A DNA stretch of 64,000 bases from NCBI GenBank assembly GCA_965237525.1, contig CBDEFO010000004.1:352001-416000 (forward strand). Reading direction: 5' to 3'. The stretch comes from Candidatus Latescibacterota bacterium. GTDB lineage: Bacteria; Latescibacterota; CBDEFO01. The stretch's first letter is position 1. The number at the start of each line of letters is the position of its first letter. Shown one piece after another: positions 53,695 to 63,589 of the stretch. A program made the position numbers and the translations under genes. The notes beneath the pieces were generated by a model, which ran no database searches, was not told the origin of the DNA, and saw only the letters and a list, made by a program, of their open reading frames with translations.

Positions 53695-56600
53695 GTGTAT
53701 CTACACCGTCTTGAAATATTCGGCTTTAAGTCCTTTGCTGATAAGATCACTTTGGACTTAGGAGACGGAATCACGTCTATCGTTGGCCCCAATGGGTGCG
53801 GCAAGACAAACGTGGTGGATGCCATAAGGTGGGCTTTAGGCGAGCAGAGACCGAGCTTGCTAAGGAGCGATAGGATGGAGGACGTAATATTCTGCGGCAG
53901 TAGGACCAGAAAACCGCTGGGAATGTCGGAAGTTACGCTTACCATCCAGAACACCAAGAATATATTGCCAATAGAGTTTAGCGAAGTTCAGATCACACGC
54001 AGGATCTTCGGGTCAGGTCAGAGCGATTATCTGCTTAATAAGGTCCCGTGCAGGTTGATGGACGTAAATAACCTCTTTATGGATACAGGGATGGGTCCAC
54101 ACGCCTACACCGTTATGGAGCAGAACATGGTTGAGGCCATTATCGGAGACAGCACGGAGGACAGGAGACGTCTGTTTGAGGAGGTAGCGGGCATAACAAA
54201 GTACAAGGTGCGCCGCAAGGCGACCTGGAACAAGCTGACATCCACACAGCAGGACGTTCTAAGGATAGGAGACATCATAGCGGAGGTGGAAAATCAGGTA
54301 GCCTATCTTCGAAGACAGGTCGGCAAAGCCAGAAGATATCAGGCGTATCAGGAAAAGTTAAAGGAATCAGAGATCTCGTTAGGCCGGCATAATTACTACC
54401 ATCTGGAGGCAAGGATACGTCCCTTGGCAGATCAGATAGAAAAACTTAGAGTGGAGATAGAGGAAGACTTGTCTGGACTTTCCCTGATGGAGTCCCAGAT
54501 TGAGAGAATAAGACTCAATCTTATCCAGAAGGACAAAGAGCGCTCTCTAACAGCACAAGTTCTCAACAGCCAGATCGAGCTTATCCAACGAAAAAGCGAA
54601 GAGGTGATAAAGGCCCAAGGAAGGATGGAGAGCCTGACAAAGGACATCGAGCGGCTTGGGCTGGAGGTCGCCGAGGCTACTCGGAAGTTAGATCAAACCA
54701 GAAGAGAAAGGGAAAAAGCCGAAGAGAGTATAACAAGAGTCAAGGCGGATAATCTATCGATCAAAGATAGCCTCAATGTCCAAGAGGAGGAACTGGAAAG
54801 GCTGGTTCGCTCCGTCTCCGAAAAGAGGTATGAACTCGAGGTTCACAAAGAAAAACTGATCCAGCTTTTCCGCTCTGAGTCCCAAAACAGGGGAGCCATT
54901 GAAAGGGATAAAGCCCACATGGACAATATCCTCTCTCGTCTGGAGAAACTGCGCGAAGAGGAGTGTGGCGCTCAATCAGAGCTTAAAGATGCCTTAAAAA
55001 GAGAGCAGGATGCCCTTGAAGCTAATCGAGAAACTCACGAGGCTATCCAAAAGATCAGCCGTGAAAAAGTGACTCTTGAAGAGGAACTTGAGGGGGAGAG
55101 GAAAAGATTAGATTCGATCAGGGAGCAGCTATCAGATGTTAAAGGGAAGATAGAGGCCAAAAGGGCCGCTCTGGCGCTCCTGGAAAAGATAAGGGAGTCG
55201 TATGAGGGATATTCAGAGAGCGTAAGGACCCTGATATTAAGCTCTCCCTATAAAGACCAGATAAGGGGAACTTTAGCAGACCTGCTTCACACACAGGAGA
55301 GATACGCCAAGGCTATAGAGGCGGCTTTGGGGCAGTCACTGGAGTATCTGGTGACGGACAAGATGGAGACAGCCACAGGTTCGATCTCGTTTTTGAAGGA
55401 ACAGGAGGGAGGGAGAGCCACGTTCCTTCCGATGGACAGATGCAAGAATGGCAGGGATAAAAACGAGTCGAACGAAAAGGACCCAATGAACATGGGATCC
55501 GACGAAAAGGTCGACCCCCGATTTAACCCACGATCTAGTCGGGGGGGGGACTCCGTAAAGCCGTCGATCTTGTCAGGTTCGATGATGAACTTGCCCCCAT
55601 TGTCCGCCTCCTGTTGGGAAAAACAGTTGTGGTGGAAGACCTGAAGACGGCCCTTTCCTGCTCCTTAGAGAACGGGAACTCCACAAGATTCGTTACGCTT
55701 GAGGGAGATATAGTCGAACCGTCGGGCCAGATAACAGGAGGTAATTCGACAGAGGTAGATATGAGCCTTATAGGCAGGACGGAGCAGATAGAGGCCCTCC
55801 GGGAACAGATTGAGGAGGAGGGCATAAACCTAAATTGCCTCTCACAGCAGATGACGGGATCGGAGGCTCGTATCTCGGCAATCTCAGTTAGCCTGTCGAA
55901 TGCCGAGGATACCCTATTAGAGCTCAGAGATAAGCTGTCCGAGTTCAAACAACAGGAGGCTCAAAGTAGATCTGACATAAAAAGGTTGCAGGCCAGGTTG
56001 GAGTCCATTTCAAAGGAGACCTTAGAGCTTAAAGAAAGATCCGAACAGCTTCTGGAGGATATAGAAAATCAAGAATTGGAGATAAAAAGACTCGAAGGGA
56101 AAAAAGAGGAACTGAGTCAATCCTCAGGTGAGTACGAACGGGCTTTGCGCACTCTGGAGGAGAACAGGAACCAAAAGGCCGAGGGAGTCCACGAACTGAG
56201 ACGAAAGATGACCTCGCTTGAGGAGCGTTTGCGGGGATTCTCGTCGGATGTGAAGAGATGTAACATACAGATAGCCGAACTTGAGAAGGCCGTTTCGGAC
56301 TCCAGATCCCAATCCGAAAAGGCCGGTGAGGAACTCGATAGGCTCAAAGCTCAAAAGGACAGGGACGAAGATGAGCTTGAAAAGCTCTATTCCCAAAGAT
56401 CCCAGATAGAAAAGGACAGGGACACAAAAGATTCGGAATATCACGAACTAGAGGTCAAAGAAAGAGAATTAGAGAATGAGATACGGGCTAAGAGGAGAGT
56501 GCAGGACGAGCGCAGGGAAAACCTTTCAGATGTCCAGTTTGAGCATTCACAGCTTACGTCCAGAGCCGGCATAGTAAGAGAGAACTTAAGAGACAGATAC

Positions 56601-57317
56601 GGCGTTGACGTGGTGGAGGTAGAACCTTTGGAGGAAGCGTTCAACCCTGAACTTGCCCAGATGCAAATAGAGGAGACACAGGGGAGGATAAGGAGCCTCG
56701 GACCAGTCAATATAGGAGCTATTGAGGAATATGAAAGAGGAACGGAGCGGTATGAATTCCTCTCTGGTCAAAGAGACGATCTACTGGAGGCGGAGGATGA
56801 TCTGAAAAAGACTATTGCCAAGATAGACAGAACCGCAAGGAGCATGTTTACCGAGACGTTTTCAAAGGTGGCAGCCAATTTTCGAAAGACGTTCGTGGAG
56901 TTCTTCGAAGGGGGCCAGGCCGATTTGATCCTATCCGAAGGAGATGATCCCCTGGAGTCCGAGATTAATATCGTTGCCCGCCCACAGGGCAAGAGGCTCC
57001 AGTCTATAAATCTTATGTCAGGCGGTGAGAAGACACTGACCGCCATAGCCCTCCTCTTTTCCATCTACCTGGTCAAGCCGAGTCCGTTCTGCATACTCGA
57101 CGAGGTGGACGCTCCATTAGATGACGCTAATATCGAAAGGTTCATTAAGGTCATACGCAAATTCTCAGACAGAACGCAATTTGTAATCGTGACTCATAAC
57201 AAACGCACCATGGAGGCGTCGGACTGTCTGCACGGCGTGACTATGGAAGAACCGGGAGTGTCTCAGCTCGTCTCCGTCAGACTCGACCTCAATAGAGATG
57301 GGGTGAATGCTGCCTGA
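53695..57317 (+). CDS. smc: Chromosome segregation protein SMC, split by a frameshift at G9 (55541-55549)
   Basis: GPNGCGKTN, hinge GRATFLP, MSGGEK, LDEVDAPLD; one extra G restores a single frame. Confidence 0.93.
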
Positions 57318-57424
57318 AAGGCATCTTTTACCTTTCTGTGACATTATCTTCTTCAAAACCTTCCCGAACGGGTTTTATCTCCGCGCTATCCATCTAACTT
57401 GTCCTTCCCGGCTAAATAAAATGC

Positions 57425-57453
57425 TTGACTTTCGCACCCTCATTTAATATCAT
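57425..57453 (+). promoter_or_regulatory. sigma70 promoter upstream of the structured non-coding region
   Basis: TTGACT-17bp-TATCAT. Confidence 0.65.
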
Positions 57454-57454
57454 T

Positions 57455-57887
57455 GCCACCAAATAGATCTGTCCACAACCGATCTTAAGACTCTGGAGTC
57501 CCGGGTGGACAAGCTGAAAGCGGCTGTCATCGGAGCGGGCGGGCAAGCCACTCGCACTTTAAGATGGCCAAAGCGCAAAATGAAGTACACCCTGCCGCGG
57601 TGGCTGAAAGCGACCCGGAGAGTTAGAAAAGGCCAAGGCGGAGCATAATCCTGACAACTGCTTGCAGTCCTGATTTGGTTCAAGGGTCCATCACCCTTCC
57701 CGAGCGTCCGGGCATCTACGTAGAGTTGAGGTTCAGGAGTTCTTGTCGCAGCCGATGGCACGGGAACGCTTGTCATAGATGATCAGGAGCGTTCTATCCG
57801 GGATGGCGACAGTAATTTCGTCCCCTGGTATTGGGTGCACTGTCATCAACAATGGAGACATCTCCTTGGAGCGCTCATTTTGGTGGC
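57455..57887 (+). ncRNA. Candidate large structured non-coding RNA (~430 nt), family not recognised
   Basis: Closing stem GCCACCAAA/TTTGGTGGC, nested long-range helices, many local hairpins, no credible ORF. Confidence 0.65.
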
Positions 57888-57903
57888 CTGTCTTCCGCTA
57901 ACC

Positions 57904-58110
57904 CTAATCGCTTGCCAGAGACTCAATCTCAGGCTCTTTGTAGACGTAGTCCACAACGATGGTTTTCTGGTCCCTGTACGGCAGGCTCACAAAGTGATGT
58001 AGAGCTGCGTTCACTACTACCGTCTTGTTGATAGCGTTTGTGACGAGCTTTTCAAGGGAGCTATTAGTCTCATCTTTAAGTCTTATAGTTACAGATGTCG
58101 TAGCCATCAT
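57904..58110 (-). CDS. Ribbon-helix-helix (CopG/MetJ-like) DNA-binding protein
   Basis: TSVTIRL beta-strand, helix, NKTVVVNAALHHF; RBS AAAGGAG; TTGATA-17-TACATT at 58181-58153. Confidence 0.7.
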   Translation of the reverse strand: MMATTSVTIRLKDETNSSLEKLVTNAINKTVVVNAALHHFVSLPYRDQKTIVVDYVYKEPEIESLASD

Positions 58111-58188
58111 ATTCTCCTTTGACAGTTGATTGATCATTCGATTTGATAGTTAAATGTAGCTACTCGTGTGCATTTTATCAAGTCTGAA

Positions 58189-58222
58189 CGGATAGATTTC
58201 AAAATCTATCCGCTTTTTATTT
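58189..58222 (+). terminator. Intrinsic terminator (or operator palindrome)
   Basis: CGGATAGATTT/AAATCTATCCG followed by CTTTTTATTT. Confidence 0.6.
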
Positions 58223-58292
58223 GTCGCTTCTCCTTGGAGTCTAATGGGACATCCAGGGCGATCAACGCAGTGATCCGTGTGATTTTTTATGC

Positions 58293-58321
58293 TTGACTTT
58301 ACGGTCGGATAGTGGTATTTT
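58293..58321 (+). promoter_or_regulatory. Promoter of the BMC operon
   Basis: TTGACT-17bp-TATTTT with extended -10 TG. Confidence 0.55.
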
Positions 58322-58374
58322 CACTTTTTAACAGGGCTTCAGGCATTGGCAATAAAAGTCAAGGAGGTGCAAAA

Positions 58375-58647
58375 GTGGAAGGAACTGCGCTTGGGATGGT
58401 TGAAACGAAGGGTTTGGTGGGGATGATAGAGGCGTCTGACGCTATGGTCAAGGCGGCTAAGGTGACCCTCCAAAGGTATGAGGCGATAGGCGCGGCTTAC
58501 GTTACGACCTTTGTAAGGGGCGACGTGGGCGCGGTGCAGGCGGCGGTGCAGGCAGGTGTGGAAGCCGCTGGGAAAGTCGGGGAGTTAGTGTCGTCTCACG
58601 TGATCCCTAATCCGCATTCGGATCTGGACGAGGTGATCCTTAAGTGA
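58375..58647 (+). CDS. BMC-H microcompartment shell hexamer
   Basis: [33 protein letters not shown] start after AGGAGG. Confidence 0.95.
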   Translation: MEGTALGMVETKGLVGMIEASDAMVKAAKVTLQRYEAIGAAYVTTFVRGDVGAVQAAVQAGVEAAGKVGELVSSHVIPNPHSDLDEVILK

Positions 58648-58714
58648 TCTGTAAAGCTTGAGCTTGCGTTGAGGACGGACTTTCCATAAACTTTGTTAGA
58701 AAGGAGAAAATGTA

Positions 58715-58999
58715 ATGGGTGAGGCTCTGGGAATGATAGAGACTCGCGGGCTTGTGGCGATGATTGAGGCCGCTGACGCCATGGTCAAGGCGGCAAACGT
58801 TCAGCTTGTGAATTGGGAGAAGATCGGCGGGGGATACGTAACAGCGCTTGTGAGGGGTGACGTGGCGGCTGTGAAGGCCGCTACCGATGCAGGTGCTGCA
58901 GCCGGCCAGAAGGTGGGAGAGCTTGTTTCTGTGCACGTGATACCGCGCCCGCATGCGAGCCTGGACGAAGTGCTGCCTATAAGTAAGCCGGGAAAGTAA
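58715..58999 (+). CDS. BMC-H microcompartment shell hexamer (EutM/PduA-like)
   Basis: [27 protein letters not shown]. Confidence 0.96.
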   Translation: MGEALGMIETRGLVAMIEAADAMVKAANVQLVNWEKIGGGYVTALVRGDVAAVKAATDAGAAAGQKVGELVSVHVIPRPHASLDEVLPISKPGK

Positions 59000-59140
59000 A
59001 CGATTTGAAAGGAGATAGATGGTAGAGAGAACCGATTAGATAGTAGGCGGCGGGGGCAGATGCCCTGTCTACTGTGTACGCCCGATTGAATCCCTGATTG
59101 AGTCTATCGGGGAGCGGGGGTTACTGTCTACTGAAGTTAA

Positions 59141-59434
59141 ATGATAATGGGCAAGGTCGTGGGCACTGTTGTGGCCACACAAAAAAATGAGAGGCTCAAA
59201 GGGACGAAGCTTCAGATAGTCCAGCCTGTGGATATGGATGTCGTGCCTGTGGATTCGTACCTTGTGGCGGTGGATTCTGTAGGAGCGGGATACGGTGAGA
59301 TAGTCCTGTGTGCGAGCGGAAGCTCGGCTCGACAGACGAGCATAACGGAGAACGCGCCTGTAGATGCGGTTATCATGGCGATTGTGGATTCCTTTGAGAT
59401 TGAGGGCAGAGTGGTTTATCGCAAAGATGGCTAA
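59141..59434 (+). CDS. BMC-P vertex pentamer (EutN/CcmL family)
   Basis: GKVVGTVVATQK, VAVDSVGAG, GSSAR, AIVD. Confidence 0.95.
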   Translation: MIMGKVVGTVVATQKNERLKGTKLQIVQPVDMDVVPVDSYLVAVDSVGAGYGEIVLCASGSSARQTSITENAPVDAVIMAIVDSFEIEGRVVYRKDG

Positions 59435-60905
59435 CGGAAAAAAGATAGCAAGCAATATCAAGCTAGATGAGGCGAAGATAAGGACGATTGTGGAGGAGGT
59501 GGTAAGGGAGTTTTCCCGGTCGAAATCGGCGTTGGACTCGGGCGATGGACGCAGATCTGAGATAGCGTCCGATATGGAGACAGGGGACGGTCTCTTTGAA
59601 AATATAGAGGACGCTATTTGCGCTGCCGAGATAGCTCAAAAGGAGCTATCTGATCTTTCGCTGGAAAAGAGGAAAGATATCGTTGAGGCGATAAGGAAGG
59701 TGGGGACAGAAAACGCCGAGGACCTTTCGAGGATGACCCTTGAGGAGACGGGCATGGGGAGGTTTGAGGATAAGGTGAAAAAGCACCTTATGGTGTCTCA
59801 GCTGACACCGGGAGTGGAGGATTTAAAGACGGATTCCTGGTCGGGCGACAGGGGACTTACGATTGTGGAGATGGCGCCTTACGGAGTGATAGGAGTCGCC
59901 ACGCCATCAACGCATCCTGTTCCGACGACGATCAACAACGCTATCTCTATAATCGCCGCGGGAAATTCGGCGGTGTTCAATCCTCATCCGGGGGCAAAGA
60001 GGGTCTCGGCGTGCGGGATAGCCAGGATAAATAAGGGTATAGTCGAGGCAGGAGGACCGCCGAATCTCCTGACAACTGTGACCGATCCGACCATAGAGAC
60101 GGCGAAGGTGCTGTTTAGCCATCCGAAGATAAGGTTGCTTTTAGTGACCGGAGGTCCGGGCGTTGTGAAGGCAGTGATGGAGTCCAACAAGAAGGCTATC
60201 ACAGCAGGTCCGGGTAATCCTCCCGTGGTCGTGGACGAGACCGCAGATCTCGAAAGGGCGGCAAAGGATACTGTACAGGGGGCCAGCTTCGAGAATAATA
60301 TTATATGCACAGCCGAAAAAGAGGTCTTCGTAGTGGAATCTGTGGCGGATGAGTTTAAAGAACATGTGAAGAATAACAACTGTCACGAGCTTACGGCGAT
60401 TCAGATAGAACAGCTCGCCAAGATAGCCTTTGTGAAGGATGAGAAGACTGGTCACCTTATGGTAAACAAGCAGTTGGTGGGGAGGGATGCCTCTGTCTTG
60501 GCCGAGAAGATCGGCGTTTCTGTTCCGAATGAGACGAGGCTCCTTATCGGCGAGACTTCCCCCGAGCATGTGTTTGTACAGGAGGAGCAGATGATGCCGT
60601 TTCTGCCTATCGTGAGAGTCTCCGATGTCCATAAGGCAATAGACCTTGCGGTGCAGGCCGAGCACGGCTACGGACATACGGCAGTGATGCACTCCAGGAG
60701 CGTGGAGAATATGACCGAGATGGCGAGGAAGTGCAACACTGCCATCTTTGTGAAAAACGGGCCTTCGATAGCGGGTCTTGGAGTGGGCGGCGAAGGGCAC
60801 CTCTCATTTTCGATAGCAGGTCCGACAGGTGAGGGGCTGACTTCACCACGCACGTTCACAAGGCAGAGACGATGCACGCTTGTGGATTATTTTAGGATTA
60901 TTTGA
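59427..60905 (+). CDS. CoA-acylating aldehyde dehydrogenase (EutE/PduP-like) with encapsulation peptide
   Basis: N-terminal amphipathic DEAKIRTIVEEVVREF; AGPGNPP, NNIICTAEKE, TGEGLTS..FTRQRRC. Confidence 0.93.
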   Translation: MANGKKIASNIKLDEAKIRTIVEEVVREFSRSKSALDSGDGRRSEIASDMETGDGLFENIEDAICAAEIAQKELSDLSLEKRKDIVEAIRKVGTENAEDLSRMTLEETGMGRFEDKVKKHLMVSQLTPGVEDLKTDSWSGDRGLTIVEMAPYGVIGVATPSTHPVPTTINNAISIIAAGNSAVFNPHPGAKRVSACGIARINKGIVEAGGPPNLLTTVTDPTIETAKVLFSHPKIRLLLVTGGPGVVKAVMESNKKAITAGPGNPPVVVDETADLERAAKDTVQGASFENNIICTAEKEVFVVESVADEFKEHVKNNNCHELTAIQIEQLAKIAFVKDEKTGHLMVNKQLVGRDASVLAEKIGVSVPNETRLLIGETSPEHVFVQEEQMMPFLPIVRVSDVHKAIDLAVQAEHGYGHTAVMHSRSVENMTEMARKCNTAIFVKNGPSIAGLGVGGEGHLSFSIAGPTGEGLTSPRTFTRQRRCTLVDYFRII

Positions 60906-60920
60906 TAAAGTGGAGATATT

Positions 60921-61163
60921 GTGAGACCGCTATCGATCTTACTCAACATTGCCGTTGTTACTGCAATGATTTTTCTAATTGCATCTGAAGGTATACCGGA
61001 TGAAGGAAAGTACATGCTGTTGTTTGTACTTCTTATATTCACTCCAATAGTCAATCTTTATGTATTACTCGGAAAAAATGGGGACTGGGTTAGTCTTTAC
61101 TTTAAGAGAAAGGCCATGGAAGAAAAAAGTAGGATCGAGGAATTACAGAACAAAAAGCAATAA
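60921..61163 (+). CDS. Small 2-TM hypothetical protein
   Basis: Two hydrophobic segments and a charged tail; RBS-like GGAG. Confidence 0.6.
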   Translation: MRPLSILLNIAVVTAMIFLIASEGIPDEGKYMLLFVLLIFTPIVNLYVLLGKNGDWVSLYFKRKAMEEKSRIEELQNKKQ

Positions 61164-61411
61164 TTACTGCGCACAATGGCTTGTAGACAGTTGAACTCAA
61201 GAAAAGATTTCCACCTTTCCGATAGTCTGCTGGAAATGCATATAATAACAGACGAAGATAATTAGCGAATGCGGTTGGTGAACATAATAGACTCTGTAGT
61301 AGCCACAAGGTAAAAACTGAAAAGCTGGATGCCCCAGAGTAATGTATATTTGTAATAGTTCGGATATACTGCCGGGAGGTTTCCGGTTTTTAACTTAGGA
61401 AGACCCACAGA

Positions 61412-62734
61412 ATGTCCCAGTGGATAGAAAGAATTGATAGCCATCCTCTACATGAACAGATGAGGACACTTGATTCAGTATTGGACGAACTGGATGAATT
61501 TGAGGACCCTTCGGAAGAGGGGACTCACGGCTTTGAAAGGCTAAGACAAATCAACGCTTTAGTTCAATCTAGAATATCCAGTTTGGATCCATTCCTTTTC
61601 CCTTTGCATATTCTTGACAGTCTTAGCTCTTCCATTCAAGAGATAACATCACAAGTTAAGCAGTACACGTCAAACCGGGACCTGGGCCACTTGAATAACG
61701 CGAACCAGGAAGCGGACACCGTGTTAGTTAATATTTCTAACTTACCTGTAATTAGAGGGCTTGAAGATGTCCAGGGACTCAGGGAAGCAGCTACTTCCTT
61801 TCGAAGATCCGTTGCACAGTATCAGAGATATGTGGAGGATGAACAAAAAGGGCTACAGGCTCCAATTCAGAGCTCACAGCAAAGGCTGGAACAATTAAAC
61901 ACAGAAATAGAAAACCAGAGAGGACGACTTGACTCTGCAATCGCTGAGTTTCAAAAACAGTTCTCTGAGGCAGAGGAGCGTCGGAGAAACGAACACGGGC
62001 AAGAAGAGAAACAGAGAGCCTCAGGATATGTGCAGGCGCAAACTGAGCGCGCAGAAACTTTCAGGGCGAATAGTGAAGAATGGCAGAAAACTTACCAGAA
62101 TCTGAAAGACGAAATCGCCAAAGCCCATGAAACTTTAACAGAAAAATATGACAGCAGCATACAAGAACTTGAGAGCAATTTCACCCAAAGCGCCGAAGTA
62201 TATATGCAAGAATTGGAATCTCACAAGGAACGGGCACAAGAACTTGTCTACGTAATAGCAAATACAGGTATGGTTGGTGGGTACCAGAAGATTGCCAATG
62301 AGGAGCGTCGGTCAGCAAATCGGTGGCATGTCATTACAATTGTTTCGTTGATCTGTCTAATAGGGTTCGCAATCTATGCTTTTGCTTCAACCATAGGTGA
62401 AGAAGTCAAAATTGCGACTTTTCTTGGTCGTGCATTTGTGGCAGTCACTTTTGGTATTTTGGCTGCGTATGCCGCGCGACAAGCAGACAGACACCAGGAA
62501 ATTGAACGAAATAGTAGAAGAGTTGAACTAGCGCTAGCATCCATCGACCCATATTTGGCTGGTCTCCCTGATGACACATTACAGGAGGTTAAAAAGGATC
62601 TTGCTCAAAGGTTTTTTGGTCAGCAGGATTCTGAACGGGCAAAGCGTAAGGAGAAGTTTAGTGGTAACGCTGCCGACCTGCTCCGCATGACAGTCGAAGC
62701 ACTTGTTGATATAGCGAAGAAATCTGGCAAGTAA
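61412..62734 (+). CDS. Hypothetical coiled-coil protein with 2 C-terminal TMs
   Basis: 440-aa ORF with long Q/E-rich helices. Confidence 0.75.
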   Translation: MSQWIERIDSHPLHEQMRTLDSVLDELDEFEDPSEEGTHGFERLRQINALVQSRISSLDPFLFPLHILDSLSSSIQEITSQVKQYTSNRDLGHLNNANQEADTVLVNISNLPVIRGLEDVQGLREAATSFRRSVAQYQRYVEDEQKGLQAPIQSSQQRLEQLNTEIENQRGRLDSAIAEFQKQFSEAEERRRNEHGQEEKQRASGYVQAQTERAETFRANSEEWQKTYQNLKDEIAKAHETLTEKYDSSIQELESNFTQSAEVYMQELESHKERAQELVYVIANTGMVGGYQKIANEERRSANRWHVITIVSLICLIGFAIYAFASTIGEEVKIATFLGRAFVAVTFGILAAYAARQADRHQEIERNSRRVELALASIDPYLAGLPDDTLQEVKKDLAQRFFGQQDSERAKRKEKFSGNAADLLRMTVEALVDIAKKSGK

Positions 62735-62998
62735 TCAAACAAGACCCTCTGATCTGGGAAATGATTCTGGACAACATGAAGGATATTTACTCCAAGGCAC
62801 TTAGGGAAAGTAATAGGCTCTGTCGTAGCCACATGGTTAAAACTGGACGCCACAGAGTTCACCCAGAGTAACGTATATCTGCAATAGTGCGTATATACCG
62901 CCAAATTGAAAAGATATCTGAAATAATGTGGACATGAACGAGGATTATTTTAGGATTATTTGAGAAAGTACGATCATTATGCGTAATTGGCATCACCT

Positions 62999-63535
62999 AT
63001 GGAGGTTGCTATGTGGTTCGTACGCTGTTTTAGCTGTTTACTGTCTCTGGTCGTGATACTGATCATGCCAGCAAATTCTGTATCCGAAGAGGATGAATGG
63101 TGGAAGTTAAAGGCAGATGATAGGGCATTCAGTTTCACAGAATTCAGAAAGAGAGCTGAGCGCGTAGGTAGTAGCCTGAACAACTTCGCTGATTTCACGG
63201 AAGTGCTTATTCGAAACAGCAATCTCAATCAAGCTGTTCTTAATCTTAGTGAAATATCGGATGATCAAGTTATCATCTTCAAAATTAAAGGCAAAGATCT
63301 TAAGCGATTTAGCATGGATTTACTCTGGGAAGCGCAATATATAGGTTTCAAGAACCGTATGACAACGATAAAAAGATATGGTTATATTAGCCAGAACGAA
63401 ATTCTTGAGTTAAGACTGGAGAATCTGAAGCTCAAGGGCGCTTCCCAGAAGGAGATCGAACAAATACAAGTCTCTTTGGACGAACAACAAAAGCAATTGC
63501 AGGACTTTCTATCTAAGGGGATCTGGGTTGACTGA
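62999..63535 (+). CDS. Hypothetical secreted protein (start uncertain)
   Basis: Signal-peptide-like N-terminus; GGAGG before ATG63011. Confidence 0.6.
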   Translation: MEVAMWFVRCFSCLLSLVVILIMPANSVSEEDEWWKLKADDRAFSFTEFRKRAERVGSSLNNFADFTEVLIRNSNLNQAVLNLSEISDDQVIIFKIKGKDLKRFSMDLLWEAQYIGFKNRMTTIKRYGYISQNEILELRLENLKLKGASQKEIEQIQVSLDEQQKQLQDFLSKGIWVD

Positions 63536-63589
63536 AGTCTGAGTGGGTATTAGCAAGTTATCTGAATCTATTTAAGCAGGAAGAATTAG

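Noticed and set aside
57450..57776. 108-aa minus-strand ORF across the structured region
   Set aside because: No recognisable motif or RBS; dense base pairing and the + strand promoter explain the region better
57455..57887. Assignment as tmRNA, RNase P, SRP, group I/II intron or B12 riboswitch
   Set aside because: No tRNA-like ends, GAGGAAAGUCC, SRP GGAA/AGCAG core, intron domain V or B12 box seen on either strand
61160..62810. Integron attC sites after the accessory ORFs
   Set aside because: Only fragments (TTGAACTCAA, TCAAACAAG); no paired RYYYAAC/GTTRRRY boxes and no integrase
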